Origin: the human T2T-CHM13v2.0 reference genome, Homo sapiens
Length of the DNA stretch: 64,000 bases
NCBI RefSeq assembly: GCF_009914755.1
Contig: NC_060933.1
Direction: 5' to 3' (one strand)
The notes below the pieces were generated by a model that searched no databases, was not told the DNA's origin, and saw nothing but the letters and a program-made list of their open reading frames with translations. Both the position numbers and the translations under genes were made by a program. Shown here piece after piece: positions 15,995 through 31,839 of this stretch (the stretch's first letter is position 1; every line of letters begins with the position of its first letter).

Positions 15995-16172
15995 AACTTC
16001 AGAAATTAAACTTCAAATCCTAGGCCCAACACTTACCACCTATGTGACAATGGACAAGTTACTTAACCTCCTTACACCTCGGTTGAACCTCAGTTGTCTC
16101 AGTGATATTGGGGTGGTCAAACAATTATAGGATTGTTTTAAGGGTTAAAAAAGATTATACCTATATAATGCT
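15995..16172 (+). mobile_element. MIR
   Basis: ttcaaatcc...acttaccacctatgtgacaatggacaagttacttaacctc core. Confidence 0.75.
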
Positions 16173-16253
16173 GGTGGATAGCTTTTATCCTGCCTGCTTC
16201 AGGATTGCCTGGTCATTCTTGATCACTGACTAGACTTTTCAGAACTTTTTTGG

Positions 16254-16711
16254 GTAACAAGGATTCATTGCTTGACCAATCTGTAGTCAGGTTGCTCAAC
16301 CACCTCCTCCTAGCCCATCTGTGCACCTCTTTGAAAATTCCAGTCTTAGCAAGAACCCTGCTAAATTGTTTTAGCCAGACTCTCCCATCCTGCATATCTG
16401 ATCATCCTCAATGTCCAATTTGGTTTCTCATCTTCCACCGTATTCCAGATGATGTCTGATCACCCTGGCTTGTCTTCACCGAGAATCCTGTTAGGTCAGT
16501 TTAGCTAAAATCCTCCTTACTCCTGAAGTTTCCTTTTAGTAATTTTCTATCCACTGATCCCCACCCTGCTCCTTAGCTTAAATCCCCACTTGTTCTTGTA
16601 TTTGGAATTGAGCCTAGTTCTATACAGAGTTCTTTTTTTTCCTATTCCAATAGTTCTAAATAAACTGTTTGAACTGCTTCAACTACTACTCAACTTAGGT
16701 TTTCTTTGACA
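16254..16711 (+). mobile_element. MER31-type ERV1 solo LTR
   Basis: cttgaccaa...tagtcagg; ttagcaagaaccctgctaa; gagaatcctgttaggtcagtttagc; ends tttctttgaca. Confidence 0.75.
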
Positions 16712-17736
16712 CTGGTTAAAATAAGCTTACATTTTCTGAAGGACCTCCTCATCTATCCAGGAGACCTCAGAGACTATGATAGAAGGTGTAAATCCATTGT
16801 GTAAATGGATTAGGGATCTGTGAGGATCTTACCACCCCATTGACTCCCTCAGACAAAGTCCTGGTTGCCCATCCTGGATTAGTGGTTAAGTTCTCAGCCT
16901 CATCCACTTGGGACCCTTCATTCTCTCACTATCTCAGTCCTGGCAGGGTAAATACATCAGGAACCTCAACATTATTTTTCCAAATGCTCATTACCACGCA
17001 TTTGACATTTGGTTTGCCAGCCAGTAAATGTTCAGAGTTGTGCACAAGGTCATACTTTGCCTCAGCCTTTCTGGCTTCTAAACAGATGGATGTTAGTCAC
17101 CAGACACTACAGAGGCATTTTGTTTAGGGCATCTGTTTGCAAATTGCACTTGAACATCACCATCAGCTGGTCTTGTTCTCGGCCAGTTCTCCCATACACA
17201 AATGAAATTAACAACTCAGATCACATGCAAGCCTGAAAAAATTGCATATTTTGTAATCTTTCTGCTAAGAAACAGTGCAAATGTGACCTTACAACAATAG
17301 ATTGACCTTTTTGATGTCAAATTCTTTTGAAATTCTTGATCAAAGCTTCAGATTATGTCCCCAGAAAACAGAAACAAAAACAAAAAATCACAGATCATAT
17401 ACATATTTTTTAAAAAATTTTAACTTTTCTTTCTTTTTTTTATTAATTAGGTTTTATACCAAAAAGAAATACATACTAATGGAACAGTCAAACAGTTCAG
17501 AAGGGTATAAAATAAAATTTCCCTTTGCCTTTACTCTCCCTGAGCCCCACTCCTCAGAAGTAACCACTATTAACAATTCTTTGAATATATACTGCCATTT
17601 TAAAAAATACAAATATATTATATACATTGTTTATATATGTAAATATATAGATGTATATATTTATATCTTATATAAGCCGACCTCACTTTGCAGAGCACAG
17701 GATCAAATGACTGCACTAACTAAAACCATGCAAAGT

Positions 17737-17880
17737 GGCCAGGTGCAGTGGCTCATGCCTATAATCCCAGCACTTTGGGAGATCAAGGCAAGAGGATCGC
17801 TTGAGCCCAGGAGGTTGAGGCAGCAGTGAGCTGAGATTGAGCCACTGTACTCTGGCCTGAGTGAGAGAGTGAGACACTGT

Positions 17881-17916
<36 letters not shown>
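17737..17916 (+). mobile_element. Monomeric Alu (FRAM-like, or left/right arm chimera)
   Basis: Single arm with A tail; TSD aaaaccatgcaaagtg / aaaagcatgcaaattg. Confidence 0.85.
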
Positions 17917-17917
<1 letters not shown>

Positions 17918-18445
17918 CATGCAAATTGATCTTAATATTCAATGGAAAAAATTACAACTGTTCCATCACCTTTACAATTTTTTGTCAAAATTTTAAAACC
18001 TCTCTTACTGTTGGTTATAAATGTAAGGGAAAACAAAATACAGTAATATTGCTATGTAGTACACTGTAATATAAAACGTTAGGAATATTGAGAAGTATCT
18101 TGTTCTAAAAGGTTTATAAAGATTAAACATTGCTTGCCTTCTTTTTGTAATATAAATAATATGAACTATATTTTTTATGCCTTGCTAAATTGTCATATTT
18201 CTTTCTAAATTTGGATCAGCTTCCATTATTTTATTCTTTGTACTTTCAGTGTTACAAAGTGACTCCAAGACTTCCTTAAATATGAAGTATTTGGCTGTTT
18301 GGCTGGTGTCACTTCCTCTGGGACACCTTCCTCCTTTTCATCACAACCATTTTTCTTATTAAGGTTGACAGACTCGCCTCCACTAAGTTCCTCTGATTGC
18401 ATATCTAGAGTCTCTCAAATGGCAGCATGGTCAACATTCCCATAG

Positions 18446-18578
<133 letters not shown>

Positions 18579-19569
18579 AGTGATTTCTTCTATAACCCCA
18601 TTTACGCTGACTGTGAATTTATCTGCCAGTGTTATCTCTGTTCCGTTCTTTGTTGGGCTTAATTCCTTCTCTCAATTATGCATTTTTGTAAAACGTCACA
18701 TGAGTTTAGAGTTTATCACTGGAGACAGGCTACACAATTATACACTTTTCCGTCTATTAGTAAACTGAATAACAAATAGTCGATGACCAATCAAGGGTAG
18801 ACTTTGAAGGGTATCGATTATTTATATAGTGATTTGTGGACTGAAGAGCCAGTAGTGAAGTTTGTGATTTATCTAAATGACTCACGGTTAACATGCTGTG
18901 GTGACTGAATTTGAACTGTGTTGTTGGGGACTGATATTATTTAACTAAAACATGGTAACTGAATTTTGTTCGTATCAAACCATGAAAAGCAAGGACTGTC
19001 TCTGTTTGTATATATGTACATTTATACACTTTGAAGATAAATCAATCATATTTTGTATACCATGCTTCACTTTTTTCTACTTAATGTATCTTGGCAGTCT
19101 TTTCATATAGTCACGTACCATTATTTGGATGTACCAACACTGACATAACCATTTTCTTTTTGGTAGATATATAGTTTGTTCTTGCTGTTTTGTAATGTCA
19201 ACCAATGTTGTAATGAACATTCCTATACATGCAATTTGGGGCCCTTGTGTAAATACATCTGTAGGGCGAATATCTTGTAGTGAAATTGCTAGGTCAAAAA
19301 AATGTGCATTTTAAATATCAATAAATTTTGTTGTCCTCAAAAAGGTCATCTAATGTTACATTCTCACTTACATTATGTGAGAATTCCTGTTTCACCAACC
19401 AGGTATCATTGAACTTTGTAATCTTTGCCTATCTGATAACAAGCCCAGGACATTTTGCTTGTGACTTTAAAGTGAGTTTTAGGAGCTTCCCCCTTTTCTC
19501 CAAATCAAGTTTATTTTTTATTTTGTAATGTGGATTGGTATATCTGTCAATATAGGTTTAGGGGTTGGG

Positions 19570-19743
19570 GAACAATTGATATTTTCAATGTGACAACTCT
19601 TTTTGTGAGGAAACTTTGCACAATATCTAGCATTCCTGGCTCCTGTCCACTAAAACCCGGTAACACCTCCAGTCATTGTGATAATCAAAAAACATTCCAC
19701 ACATATCCATCTTAGGAATGCACTGCCTAATTGAGAAACACTG
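19570..19743 (-). mobile_element. MER20-like hAT MITE
   Basis: gcattcctggc...cagtcattgtgataatcaaaaa...ttgagaaacactg. Confidence 0.55.
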
Positions 19744-20138
19744 GGCTAGAGGTCTTAATCTTTTTACTGAGACTTAACAGTCACTCATGAGCCATCCTGA
19801 ACAAATGTACTGGATATAGCCAGATGTCCTTTGAAGAAGCTATTCTGAAAGTTAAACTCTGCTAGAGATGGCTGAGGCAATTTTTAATTCCACAAATATG
19901 TATTGCAAAAAAAGAGACTGGGCTTTAACTATTGAGGTCATTGGCCTCAGGAGGGAAAGATAGACATGCAGATTGTAGCCTTATGCAAGTCACAACATTG
20001 CCCAAATGGGTAGGTTAAAATTCGGATGTTACAGGATTTGCTCTATCTGTAAAACCTCTGAACTAAGTATTGGAAATGACTTTGTAAGAATTTGCAAAGA
20101 CTAGAACAGAAATAAAAGTGGTGTAAAAACATATTGGA

Positions 20139-20404
<266 letters not shown>

Positions 20405-20914
20405 TCATGAAAAACAGTAGTATTTGAGTTGGGTCTTTAAGAAAGAGTAAGATTTCAAGTGGTACAGATGAAGAGAAAAGTATTGTATGTAGGAGGAGCA
20501 ATGTGAGCCAGGACAGGGGATGGGAACATTCAAACCTTCTTCAAGTTGCTGCCCTGCATGGTAGAAATGTAGACTGTGAAGTGCAATCAACTCAAGATAA
20601 GGCTAGAGATGGTGGTGGAAACCGAATTGCTGAATCTTTTGGAAATATGACACAGGCCTTGCAATCTGTCATTAAGCAATTAGATTAAAATCCAATAAAT
20701 TACAAAATACACCATTGCTGAGAGCTGGAATTTTAAAATATCTTAGAATTAGTTCATGAGTTTTGCTTTCTGACGTCAAATATGAGAAATTTGTGCTCCC
20801 TTTCTCTCCCAAATGTTTAATCCTTCTGATTACATCAGGGAGAAAGACTCCACTAGGTGCTCATCTGGGTTGAACAGCTGCTAATCTCTTTTGAACAAAA
20901 AGCACGAGCCACAG

Positions 20915-21614
<700 letters not shown>

Positions 21615-22215
21615 CCCAGGTTGAGCACCGTCTACAGGGATCTGAACAGAAATACACTGAGAGTAGTTATGGGGAATTTAGAGCAATGTCCTGAAGCCTG
21701 GCTGTTGAAGGCTATCAGCTGTGGTGCTCACTCCTGGAGAGGGGTCCAGGCATGTGTGGTTCAAAAAAACAAAATCACTCCCAGGTAATTCTAATGGGCA
21801 ACCAAAATAGAAAACCACAGATTCTCAAAGAATCACTGAAGAGGGGGCCACATGGAGAGGAAGATGCAATTTGAGAATCAAGTCCACTGAGTGCCACATT
21901 TGCAGAATAGGCCAGGAGTTTTAAGGAGTTTAAAAAGAGGGGACATCATTTTCTTCCATCACTGAAGCCATATTCTATTACCTTGAGTATCTTATCTGAG
22001 ACCATGTATATCCCACTAACCTAACGAGAAGAAGGATAATTAGATGATTATCTAGCTAGACAAGCATCTTGAACCTCAAACCATTACTCGTAAGGTGCTG
22101 TGATCCAAGGAAAGTATAATTAGTCACCACTTAGTATCACGTTAAGCAAGCCAATAAACTCGGGGGTAAGGCAGGTGGGGAATACCAGAGCATGTTTACC
22201 ATTTGATCTGCTTGT

Positions 22216-22398
22216 TTTCTCTCCCTAATGTTTAATCCTTCTGATTACGTCAGGGAGAAAGACTCCACTAGGTGCTCATCTGGTTGAACAGCCGCTGATC
22301 TCTTTTGAACAAGAAGCATGGGGCCCCAGTGTACTAGTCCATTTTTGCATTGTTACAAAGAAATACCTGAGACTGGGTAAATTACAAAGAAAAGAGGT
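22216..22398 (+). repeat. 183-bp dispersed direct copy of 20801-20983 (unique flank plus MST LTR terminus)
   Basis: Manual alignment, about 18 differences over 183 bp. Confidence 0.93.
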
Positions 22399-23469
22399 GA
22401 TATTGCATAGGTTGAGTATATAACATAGAAAGATGGATTGCACCTTGCAATTACAATAAAACTAGTCCATGTATAACATCTAGTTATAATAGCCACCTGA
22501 AATTGTTATATATTTTCCCCAAGCTATTTATATCTCCCCCATTAAGAAATAGAGCCTTCATTTTTGTAGCACTTGCATGAATATTTATTTATTCTGGTCT
22601 TAGAAAGCATTCCAAAATTTTAAAAAAGTGTCTGCTACCAAAGTTGCACGTTCGCTTCTGCACTGCTGACATATTAAGAATTTTTCTGAGGCATTGAATA
22701 GTGAATTTGACATCTTCACCAGCACTGAGTTTCCCTTTAATTACTGTCAGTGACTGCTGACTTGTAAAGCACTGTGAAAGCAATAATCTACATAGCAGTG
22801 GTCTTTCCAGTTGATATTCATGAAAGGCTGAAATAATCTCTGTCATATGACAGGACCAGCTTACTAGTGAGCCTGCTATCCCACAGGACTCTCTCGTCCC
22901 ACAGGACAGGAAAGGGGGTCCATCCAAGACAATTCACCAAGGGCAGGTGGTGAAGGCAAGCCTGGTTCCAACTGAAAGATGCTGTCAAGCAAAAGACATT
23001 GGCTAATAAAAGCTGCTGATGCTGCTATGAAAAAGGAAACCAAAGACAGCCCAAAGAGAAAGCTGGCTGGTCTGATGGAAGTCCCAATGCACTGATCCAT
23101 CATACCTGATCAATTACAGGTGGTGTTTGTCTCTCTCAGGTTTAGCGGCGTTTCATCATTCAAATACTTATTCAGTGTTAGTTGTGGGTGAGGCACTCAA
23201 TGGATTTCACCAGAATAAAAAGGACCTCACCCAAGATACAGTTGTCACTGGAACCGGCAGGGGAAGAGGGTGCTCTCATTTATTACTGCATAGCTCACTG
23301 CCTTGTCTGCAGAATTCACTCATTCATTCAGCAAACTTGTTCTGAGAATAGTGTTAGACACAGAAAAGTCCCTTCCTTTCTTCCATTCACAAATATGTAA
23401 AGAGTACCAACTATGTCCTAGGTGCTAGTGTTAAAATAGTGAACCAAACATAAGTGATATATTCTACTG

Positions 23470-23971
23470 CGGGAATTCTTAACCTAGGATTCAGGGATGC
23501 CCCCTAGAATGCATGGATCAGCTTCAGGGAGTCATTAAACATGAGTAGGAAAACAATCAGATGTTTATTTTCAGTCATCTCTAACTGAAATTTAGCATTT
23601 TACTCAATTGTGAATGCAGGCAACAAACCACAGCAGTAAAAAAGGTCCTGTGCCTCTGTCACCAATAGAAACCACAGACATGTTCATATCAAGTTACAGT
23701 GTTTGCAGATTTCTCAAAAAGTCAATTGTGTCCATCACCGCTCAAGAATTATGGTAGGTTTAAATCTTCCACCAGATTTTGTGTTAATGAAAAAGCACAT
23801 ATGTAACCATATCATAAATTTGTATTTCAACACTTTGATGATTGTATTTCAGTATAATTGGTCTTCTTCATAATCCTATGTGTTTTATTTTATGCATTGT
23901 TCTGAGAAAGAGTCCATAGGCCTCATCAGATAACAAAGCAAACCTTGGCACAAAATGATTATGAATCCTTG
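23470..23971. mobile_element. Charlie4a-like hAT DNA transposon inside an antisense L2
   Basis: ttcttaacct...ctctaactgaaatttagcattt...gtcaccaatagaaa...gtccataggc matches recalled Charlie4a. Confidence 0.75.
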
Positions 23972-24179
23972 TCCTAGTAAGACAGACAGGCCTTAAATAA
24001 ATAATCTTACAAATACATACTTACAGACAGTGCTAAGATCTCTAAAGAAAAAGTCCATGTATGTGAGATGATAAAAAGAAGACATGGTTTCCCCAGGATT
24101 TGGGGTTAGTGGGCTACCCCCAGGAGTCTAGTGGGATCCACCTGGATTCTGTTTCCCCTGGAAAATATCACATTCTGCT

Positions 24180-24520
24180 GCAGTCAACCAGTCCATAAAA
24201 AATATCAGTTACATATCTCTCCTGTGCTAGGTCCTATATGAGCACTGGGGACACAACATCTCTGCCTGCCAGTCTACCGGGGGAAGTCAGAGCAAACCAC
24301 ACATGAGGAAATACAAATCTCAGATAAGCTCAGTTAGAGATCAGAGCCCTGAAGAAAGTGAAGCAGGTTAATGAGATAAAGTGTGAAAGTCAGGGAGTGC
24401 TGGGGGCGGGGCAGCCCAGGGAAGGTCTCTTGCAGAGGTGATATTTGCACTGAGACCTAGAGGAAGAGATTTGGGGGATACATTTAAGACACAAGGCAAA
24501 GACCCTGAGATAGAAAAAGT
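24180..24520 (-). mobile_element. L2 fragment
   Basis: tgtgctaggt...gcactggggacaca...cagggaaggtctcttgcagaggtgatatttg...gagacct. Confidence 0.65.
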
Positions 24521-25819
24521 AAACCCTCAGTTCCTTTGAACCCCAGGACCCAGACTTCTTAAACAGTGGTCATTGTTGCCTTGCTATGCCCTGTTTTTGG
24601 AGAAAGAAGCACATCACAGGAGTCAAAAGAGAAAATTAGGTGTGTTCTAAGGGTCAGGTGGACAGAAGGGGTCAGAAGCAGCAGTGGGGACATGGATCGA
24701 GTGCCTGAGTATATGCCTCCATAGGTGGGGTCCCCTGAAAAAGGTCAGGGGACCCTCCCTACCTCTGGGCAACTCCGATCATTTCCCAGCCCAGTTCATC
24801 ACCATCTGCCTTTTAAACAACAAGTGCCGATTATCAGAGAACCTCCTCAGGTCTGGAGAGGATCCACAAATATTTGTCATCTGACGTCACAGACCCCAAG
24901 ACCCCTAATTTTCAGGGAGCTGAAGCTGAAACTAAACTCCACCACACGGAAGGGCGGCTATTTCCCTCTGAGTTGCATCTTAGTCTTAGCTCCCAAGGCC
25001 TCCTGGTGGGCACAAGAGTTCTACTCAACCCATCTTTTCCCAGCTGGATCCAGAGAAAGCTACTCATTCCCCCAACTTCCCACACCCCTCCCCCAGACCT
25101 TTAGAAAAACCACTCTCTTTCCCAATGAAAAATGACACCAAAGCTCCTATCTGGCAGCAGCCTACAGGACATCACTTATACCTTATTAAAACCCACAAAA
25201 ACCCTCTCTAGCAGCTATTAAACAAGCTCGTATAAGGGATTTATTTTTGAAAAACCAATAATTTCTAGAGGATATCACAAGGTCACAGAACGTTCAGCCC
25301 AATGCCCTATAATAAATATTGGCTAAGTTATTGCACAAATGCCATAAGGGGTACATGGAATCATTTTTATTAAAAATGAGCCAACTGCTTCTATCAGGCT
25401 ATCTTTCCTGGTATTTCTAGACCTTCGGCTACCTTATTCTTGTTCATAACATTCACACAAACACATACTTATAATGTCAGAAGAAAATCAGTGAATATTT
25501 TGCATCTCTTATAAAACATTGCTAAACTTTAATCTGTAGTGAGGTGGGAAATGTGAGCTGATGACCAAACAATGACCCTAATCCACCACAAAATAGTGCA
25601 AACTTAAAGAAAATATAAATTCCATCTATCACACTTAACTTGAATGAGGTCAGGAAAAAGAATTGGTAAATGTTAGAAATATTCCCTAAAATCAATTGAA
25701 GCAAAGGGATTTTGACAGAAAGTTCAATTACAAGAAAACTCCCAATATCCTTGAATTTCCAGTGAACCATCAGTGTAAAAGTTTTTCTTTTTTAAGTGAT
25801 ATTTCAAAAGAAGCCTATG

Positions 25820-26010
25820 AGGTAGCAGGAAGAACTTTGGACTTAAAATCAGTTGATGTAGGTTCCAGAGCTAGCTCTGCCCCTGATTTTCTTCATGACC
25901 CCAACCTGTTTTCACTGTGTATTTTTAAGTCTCTATGGGCGTCTGTTTCCCTATCTGTGAAATTATGCAGTTAGAAGGAACACCTTTTAAGCCCTCTTGA
26001 AGCTGTAAAC
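25820..26010 (+). mobile_element. MIR
   Basis: ggaagaactttggactt...tctgtttccctatctgtgaaat. Confidence 0.6.
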
Positions 26011-26177
26011 CACTATGAATCTCTGCCTCTTTAATTAGAATAGGCCTGTAAGTACCAGGCAACAGATTCTAGCCTAGATTCCTAACAGGAGTATGACCCG
26101 AGAAAATAATCTTTAAAGGTCTAACGTGGTCTCTTAGAGAATACTTGATTATTGCAACATTCACTGGGAAACTGTAG

Positions 26178-26497
<320 letters not shown>

Positions 26498-26544
26498 CAT
26501 TTTTTTTTTTTTAATTAGAGATTTTCTGATGAAAAGAATACACT

Positions 26545-26924
26545 GGGCATTATATTTGTGGCCAACGTGTTCTGGACAGTGAAATGTAAACAGGCTGAAA
26601 CTTGAGGCTTCTGGGGAAGTGTCCTTAAAAGGAAGGGAGCTCCCGTATTCCCCTCTTCTTCCTTCCTCTGTGCTGGCATATGAACACAATGACTGGAAGC
26701 TGAGGAGTCATCCTGGATCATGAAGCAGCCCCCGAAGTTTAGAAGAAAAACAAGCCAGAAGGAGCCTGGGTCCCTGCTCATCTGGAATCAGTTGCCAAAA
26801 CAGCCCTTAATGCCCAACTCCAGATCTGATTTACATGAGAGCGATATAAATTTTTATCATGTTTAAGGCACTGCTGTCCTGAGTTTTCTGTCACATGCAG
26901 AGAGTCTTAATCCTAAGTAATATA
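26545..26924 (+). mobile_element. MLT1J-like solo LTR
   Basis: agaaggagcctgggtccctg...tttacatgaga...gtttaaggcactg...aatcctaa. Confidence 0.7.
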
Positions 26925-27593
26925 CACAAGACTGTTTCCCTTTATCAAAGATATCATTATGCAAAATATGCCACTAATGACCAAACCAGCCTCTACCACA
27001 GCTATTTCCATGAATCAAAGGATTTGCCTGGAGACCCTGTTTTCATCTCTGGCATATCTGCCTTCCTGCCCTCAGTCACCTCAGCTGGTATTGGGAATGG
27101 CAGGGCCTGCCAGGCAAGTGTTGAAATGATGTGACAAAGAGAAGGAAATGAAGGATTTTCTCATAGGCTTTGCCCACAGATTGCCTCATTCTCAAGACTG
27201 CTTCCTTGCTGAGTGACTCCAGTGGGTTGGGTTTGCAATGCAATGGGTAGAGATCCTTCCAGACAGCTGTCATCTGCCTGGAAACTTCAGCTTCCTAATA
27301 CTCTTGTAAACCTCCTGGGACAGAAGCTCCAGTTCCTGCTGACACCTCACATGAGATGTGCCTTTACCTAGTACCACCTGCTCGGGACTGCCCAGCAGGG
27401 TAGCCTGCAATCCCAGGGCAAAGGTGAACACCAAGCAGGCCTCCACTGATGCACAGCGGTGGTATTTCCCTGGGAAGTTTTACTTGTGAATCTGGAACTT
27501 AAACTCTCAGTTCTGACTTTTGCACAACATTGGTTCCAGTTCCTCAGTCCCAGGAAGGCCCCAGAAAGATGGGTGCTGACTCTGTGCTCAGAA

Positions 27594-27776
27594 CAGTGGT
27601 TTGCAAAGGGTATTTGATCAAGTACCCTTAGAGAAACTGAGGCATCTTATGAACAATCTTCCTCGACAAAAAACACATACGTTCATGCAATGCAAAACTT
27701 GGCCCACAATTTCCTGAGGTGCCAAGCGCCCTGACACCCATCCATGAGTCCAGAGCCCCCAGGTTAAGAAGCCTTG
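27594..27776. mobile_element. Small hAT-Charlie MITE
   Basis: cagtggtttgcaaa ... ccccaggttaagaagccttg termini. Confidence 0.4.
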
Positions 27777-28289
27777 CCTTTGAACTCCAGAAAAGATTTT
27801 AAAACCTCCAAAGTCATCTGATTTCCTCCTTGGGATAAATGCCCCACTACTGCTCCCAAACAGAGAGTAGGCTGAGTCGATTTTAGAAGCTTCAGTTGTT
27901 CATAGGATTTACTGTTTTTATGACCAACAGTGAGAGAAATGTCACTTGTCTCTTCCCCACCTCCTGCTCCAAAGGTCTTCATCTGAAACTTAAGTCCCAA
28001 CCAACTCTTCTTTCCTCCTTTATCTCACATTCAGCCACGTTGAACTGTTTATTTTCAGTTTCCCAAACATGCAGTGGTGCCTTCTTCTGCCCTCTGTCTC
28101 TGCTCAGGCAATTTCCTACTCCTAGGACACCTCTTTGCCCATCACTATTTGTCAGAATATTACTCATTCTTTAAGACTGTGTAAAAACAGATTTCTCTAT
28201 AGAGCTTTTCCTGAGCCTTCCTTTGTGCACACAGCCTGAGCTTGAACATCTGTTCCAGAACATATCACCATCCATCATGGATTATTTGG

Positions 28290-28545
28290 GCAACCATATA
28301 GCAAAATATTTGAACCTTTGAGGTCTGAAACTAGAATGATTGGGTTTCAGTCCTGGCTCCATCTCTTTCTTGCTGTGTGACCTTGTGGATGTTTAACTTT
28401 TCTGTGCTTCAGTTCCGTCATTGGTAAAATGGAGACAATAATAGCTCCCACTTCACAGAGTTGTGTAAGGATCAAATGACCTGATCCAAGTAAAAGTCTT
28501 AGCACAGTCCCTGGCACACTGAAAGCATCTGATAAGGAATTATTA
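28290..28545 (+). mobile_element. MIR inserted in a sense L2 (L2 about 27990-28720)
   Basis: gctgtgtgaccttg...cttcagtt...gtaaaatggagacaataatag...cctggcaca. Confidence 0.8.
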
Positions 28546-29195
28546 CTTTGACTTCAGTTACTTATACACTTTTGCCCACACCCATTACAGTTAAACTGTA
28601 GAGTGGATGAGGACAGAGAGTAGAGCCCGTGTCTTAGTCACCATTTTGTATCTGATAGAACCTAGCAAACAAATTTTGCACATAGTAAATAATCAGTGTA
28701 TGATATGTGAATGAAAGTGAATTATCCATAAAAGTTTTATCTAAGAACTTCAGACAGTAGTGTTGCCATCTATATTTTATGCATGGGTGAGAGGCGATGG
28801 AACAGTAAGTTGGATGCTCCATTGAGAATACAAATCATTCTGGGGTTTGGAAAAACCATCCTGATTGCAATTCTGTGTCCCAATCACAGAATTTTTATAT
28901 CATCGTGAAGCATATGCCAAGAACTCCCCTCTTCTCCACTTATAATTGTTTCCATTTCAATTCAATGACACAGACATTTATTTAGCAACTATTAGAAGCC
29001 AGACACTGTGGTAAGGGGTGGGAATCAGAGATGTCCTTCTGAAGGTCTTGCAAAGCAACTTCCATCTGACATCAAACTTCAAGTTCAGCACCCAGGATGT
29101 ATACACACTCTTATATTCCTTGAGCCTGAAGCCCAGTCCCAGATAACAACTGGTCTGCAGGATTTCCCTGCCATGTGACAAGAGATGCATACTTA

Positions 29196-29510
<315 letters not shown>

Positions 29511-29834
29511 AACAATTAGAAAATAATTATACTAATATGTGTAGAAAATTTACTAGACTGCTTCTGACCACCCAGACCACTGAGTTGACATAAACAGGCC
29601 CCTTACTACACAGAAATCCTGAACAAAATATAGAAAAAATATTTTCCACATAACCAAGTTCAATCAGAAAAAAAGAAATTTCCAGTGCCGGGAATAGCAT
29701 GAAATCAAGTCAGAGGAATAAACATGAGCTGATAACAGGAGGAGGCCATGGGAGTTTCAGGTGGCAATATGGACCCCTTAGGGAAAGGGAGCTACATTTC
29801 TCATGCCTACCAAAAATAATAATAATAATAATAA

Positions 29835-30145
29835 GGCCAGGTGTGGTGGATCATGCCTGTAATCCCAGCCCTTTGGGAGGTTGAGGCGGGCGGATCACTT
29901 GAGGCCAGGAGTTCAAGACCAGCCTGGCCAACATGGCAAAACTCCATGTCTACTAAAAATACAAAAATTAGCCAGGCTTGGTGGCATGCACCTGTAGTCC
30001 CAGATACTTGGGAGGCTGAGGCACAAAAATTGCTTGAACCTGGGAGGCAGAGGTTACAGTGAGCCAACATTGTACCACTGTACTGTACTCCAGCCTGGGT
30101 GACAGAGTGAGACTCTGTCTCAAAAAAAAAAAAAAAAAAAAAAAA
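29835..30145 (+). mobile_element. AluS (Sz-type), preceded by (AAT)n
   Basis: Dimeric Alu with pure A tail. Confidence 0.92.
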
Positions 30146-30419
30146 TTCAGGCCTAAAGAAGGGAAAGAATGAAATTGAGCTATCTGCATAAACAAGCTAT
30201 TATGTGTGGTTTCAGAGGGCTAAAAAAACATTCACCAATGAAAATCAAACTACGATCTTATACTACCCACAAGTCTGGGGCCTTAATTTATAAAACCTTC
30301 ATGGTGTGGAACCTTAAACTGATAATTTAACATAGTATATAGGGTCATTCAAAGCCCTAGGAATCCCGCAAAAGCCAAAGCAAGATATTTCTATAGAGAC
30401 ATTGAGAGACCATCTCCTC

Positions 30420-31390
30420 TTGGTTGTTGCAAAGGCACTTTTAGCTAAAAGGGAAATCATTCCTGCCTACCAAGCCTGTTCATCTGCCAATGCACCCTAC
30501 TCACAAATGGCACCACTTCCCATTAAGGCACATGAGTTGTCCCTGACACCCCCATACCAATTCATCACTAAGGCTAATTAATTTTACTTTCTAAATATCT
30601 GCCCACTCTGTCCATTTCCAAAACCTCATCCTAGTTCAAACCACTATCATCTCTCACCAGTCTCCTAACTGGTCTACCCTGCATCCACTCTATCAGGTGG
30701 TACCATATAAAATTGCTATCTTGTAAGTCAAAACCAGCCTGGAAGTGGCAGTTCCATAGCATTCAACCTAATATTTCCTCCCATCTGATGTCCTCACTCC
30801 AGATAGAGTTACCTTTTCATGAAGGAAATTTTATCATGTTGCACCTACCCCTCGCTGAAATCTTCTGTGGCTTTCCCGCTATTCTTAAGATGATAAAGTT
30901 CCTGAACATCACCTGCAATGCCATTTGGCCCCTACCTCCCTCTCTCCAGCCTCATGCCCCCAACTCTCCCTTATTCCCCCTTCTCTTGACCCACCGGATT
31001 TCTTCTAGTGCCTTGTGTTTTCTATGTTTTCTCTTCCCACAGAGCCTTTGCACATGTGGCTCTCACTGCCTAGAATATTATTTTCACTCCTCTTCAACTG
31101 AACAATTTCTTCTTACCTTCAGATCTCAACTTAGCAATGCTCTCCACAAGAGCCTTGTCTGACCCCCTGGCCTTGTTAAGAATCTTGTCACATGTTCTCT
31201 TAATGCTAAGGTGATCCACTTCATAGTGCTTGACCCCATGACAATTTTACATCTATGTGTATGACTATTTGATTAGTTCTGCGTCCCCCAGTAGCACTGC
31301 AAGGTTCATGAGGATAGAGACTGAGTCTGTTTTCACCAAACATTGAATCCCCAGCTCTGTGTCAGACACAGAGTAAGTGCTCAACGTAAT
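30420..31390 (+). mobile_element. L2 3' region
   Basis: Pyrimidine-rich; ctcctaactggtct, agcctttgcacatg, ttcagatctcaactt; ends gtaagtgctcaa. Confidence 0.75.
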
Positions 31391-31839
31391 TTAAAATTAT
31401 GGAATGGAGAAGTGACGAAACTGTATGCAGGTGACCAAGGTGGAGACTGATGCAGTGGCCCTACAGGAGAAGATGAGAGCCTGAAACTAAAGCGGGTTTT
31501 TCATGCATTACCTTGGATAACCTTCTAAACACTCCATCTTTTGTTTTAGGCATTTTATAAAAAAGGAAACTAGAGACATCAAATAACTTGTGTTCAGGGT
31601 CACATAATGGTAGATCTAAGATGCCAATCCAGGTTATCAGAATCCGAAATCTGTCCTCTTTCTATTAAACAAACAAACAAACAAACAAACAAAAACTTTG
31701 AGGCAAGCAGAGGAGACAACAAGGAGCCCGGGAATGAGATCCAGGAACTCTGATGCCTACAGATGTCAGAAAAGTAATGTAAAAACCAGCAGGCCCGGGC
31801 TAAGATAAGAGAGGGCATTGGAAACCACACCAAGCTAGA

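Noticed and set aside
22979-23230. Short ORF (MLSSKRHW...) and an acceptor-like tctctctcag near 23139
   Set aside because: No homology or matched splice structure; a non-coding exon cannot be supported without transcript data.
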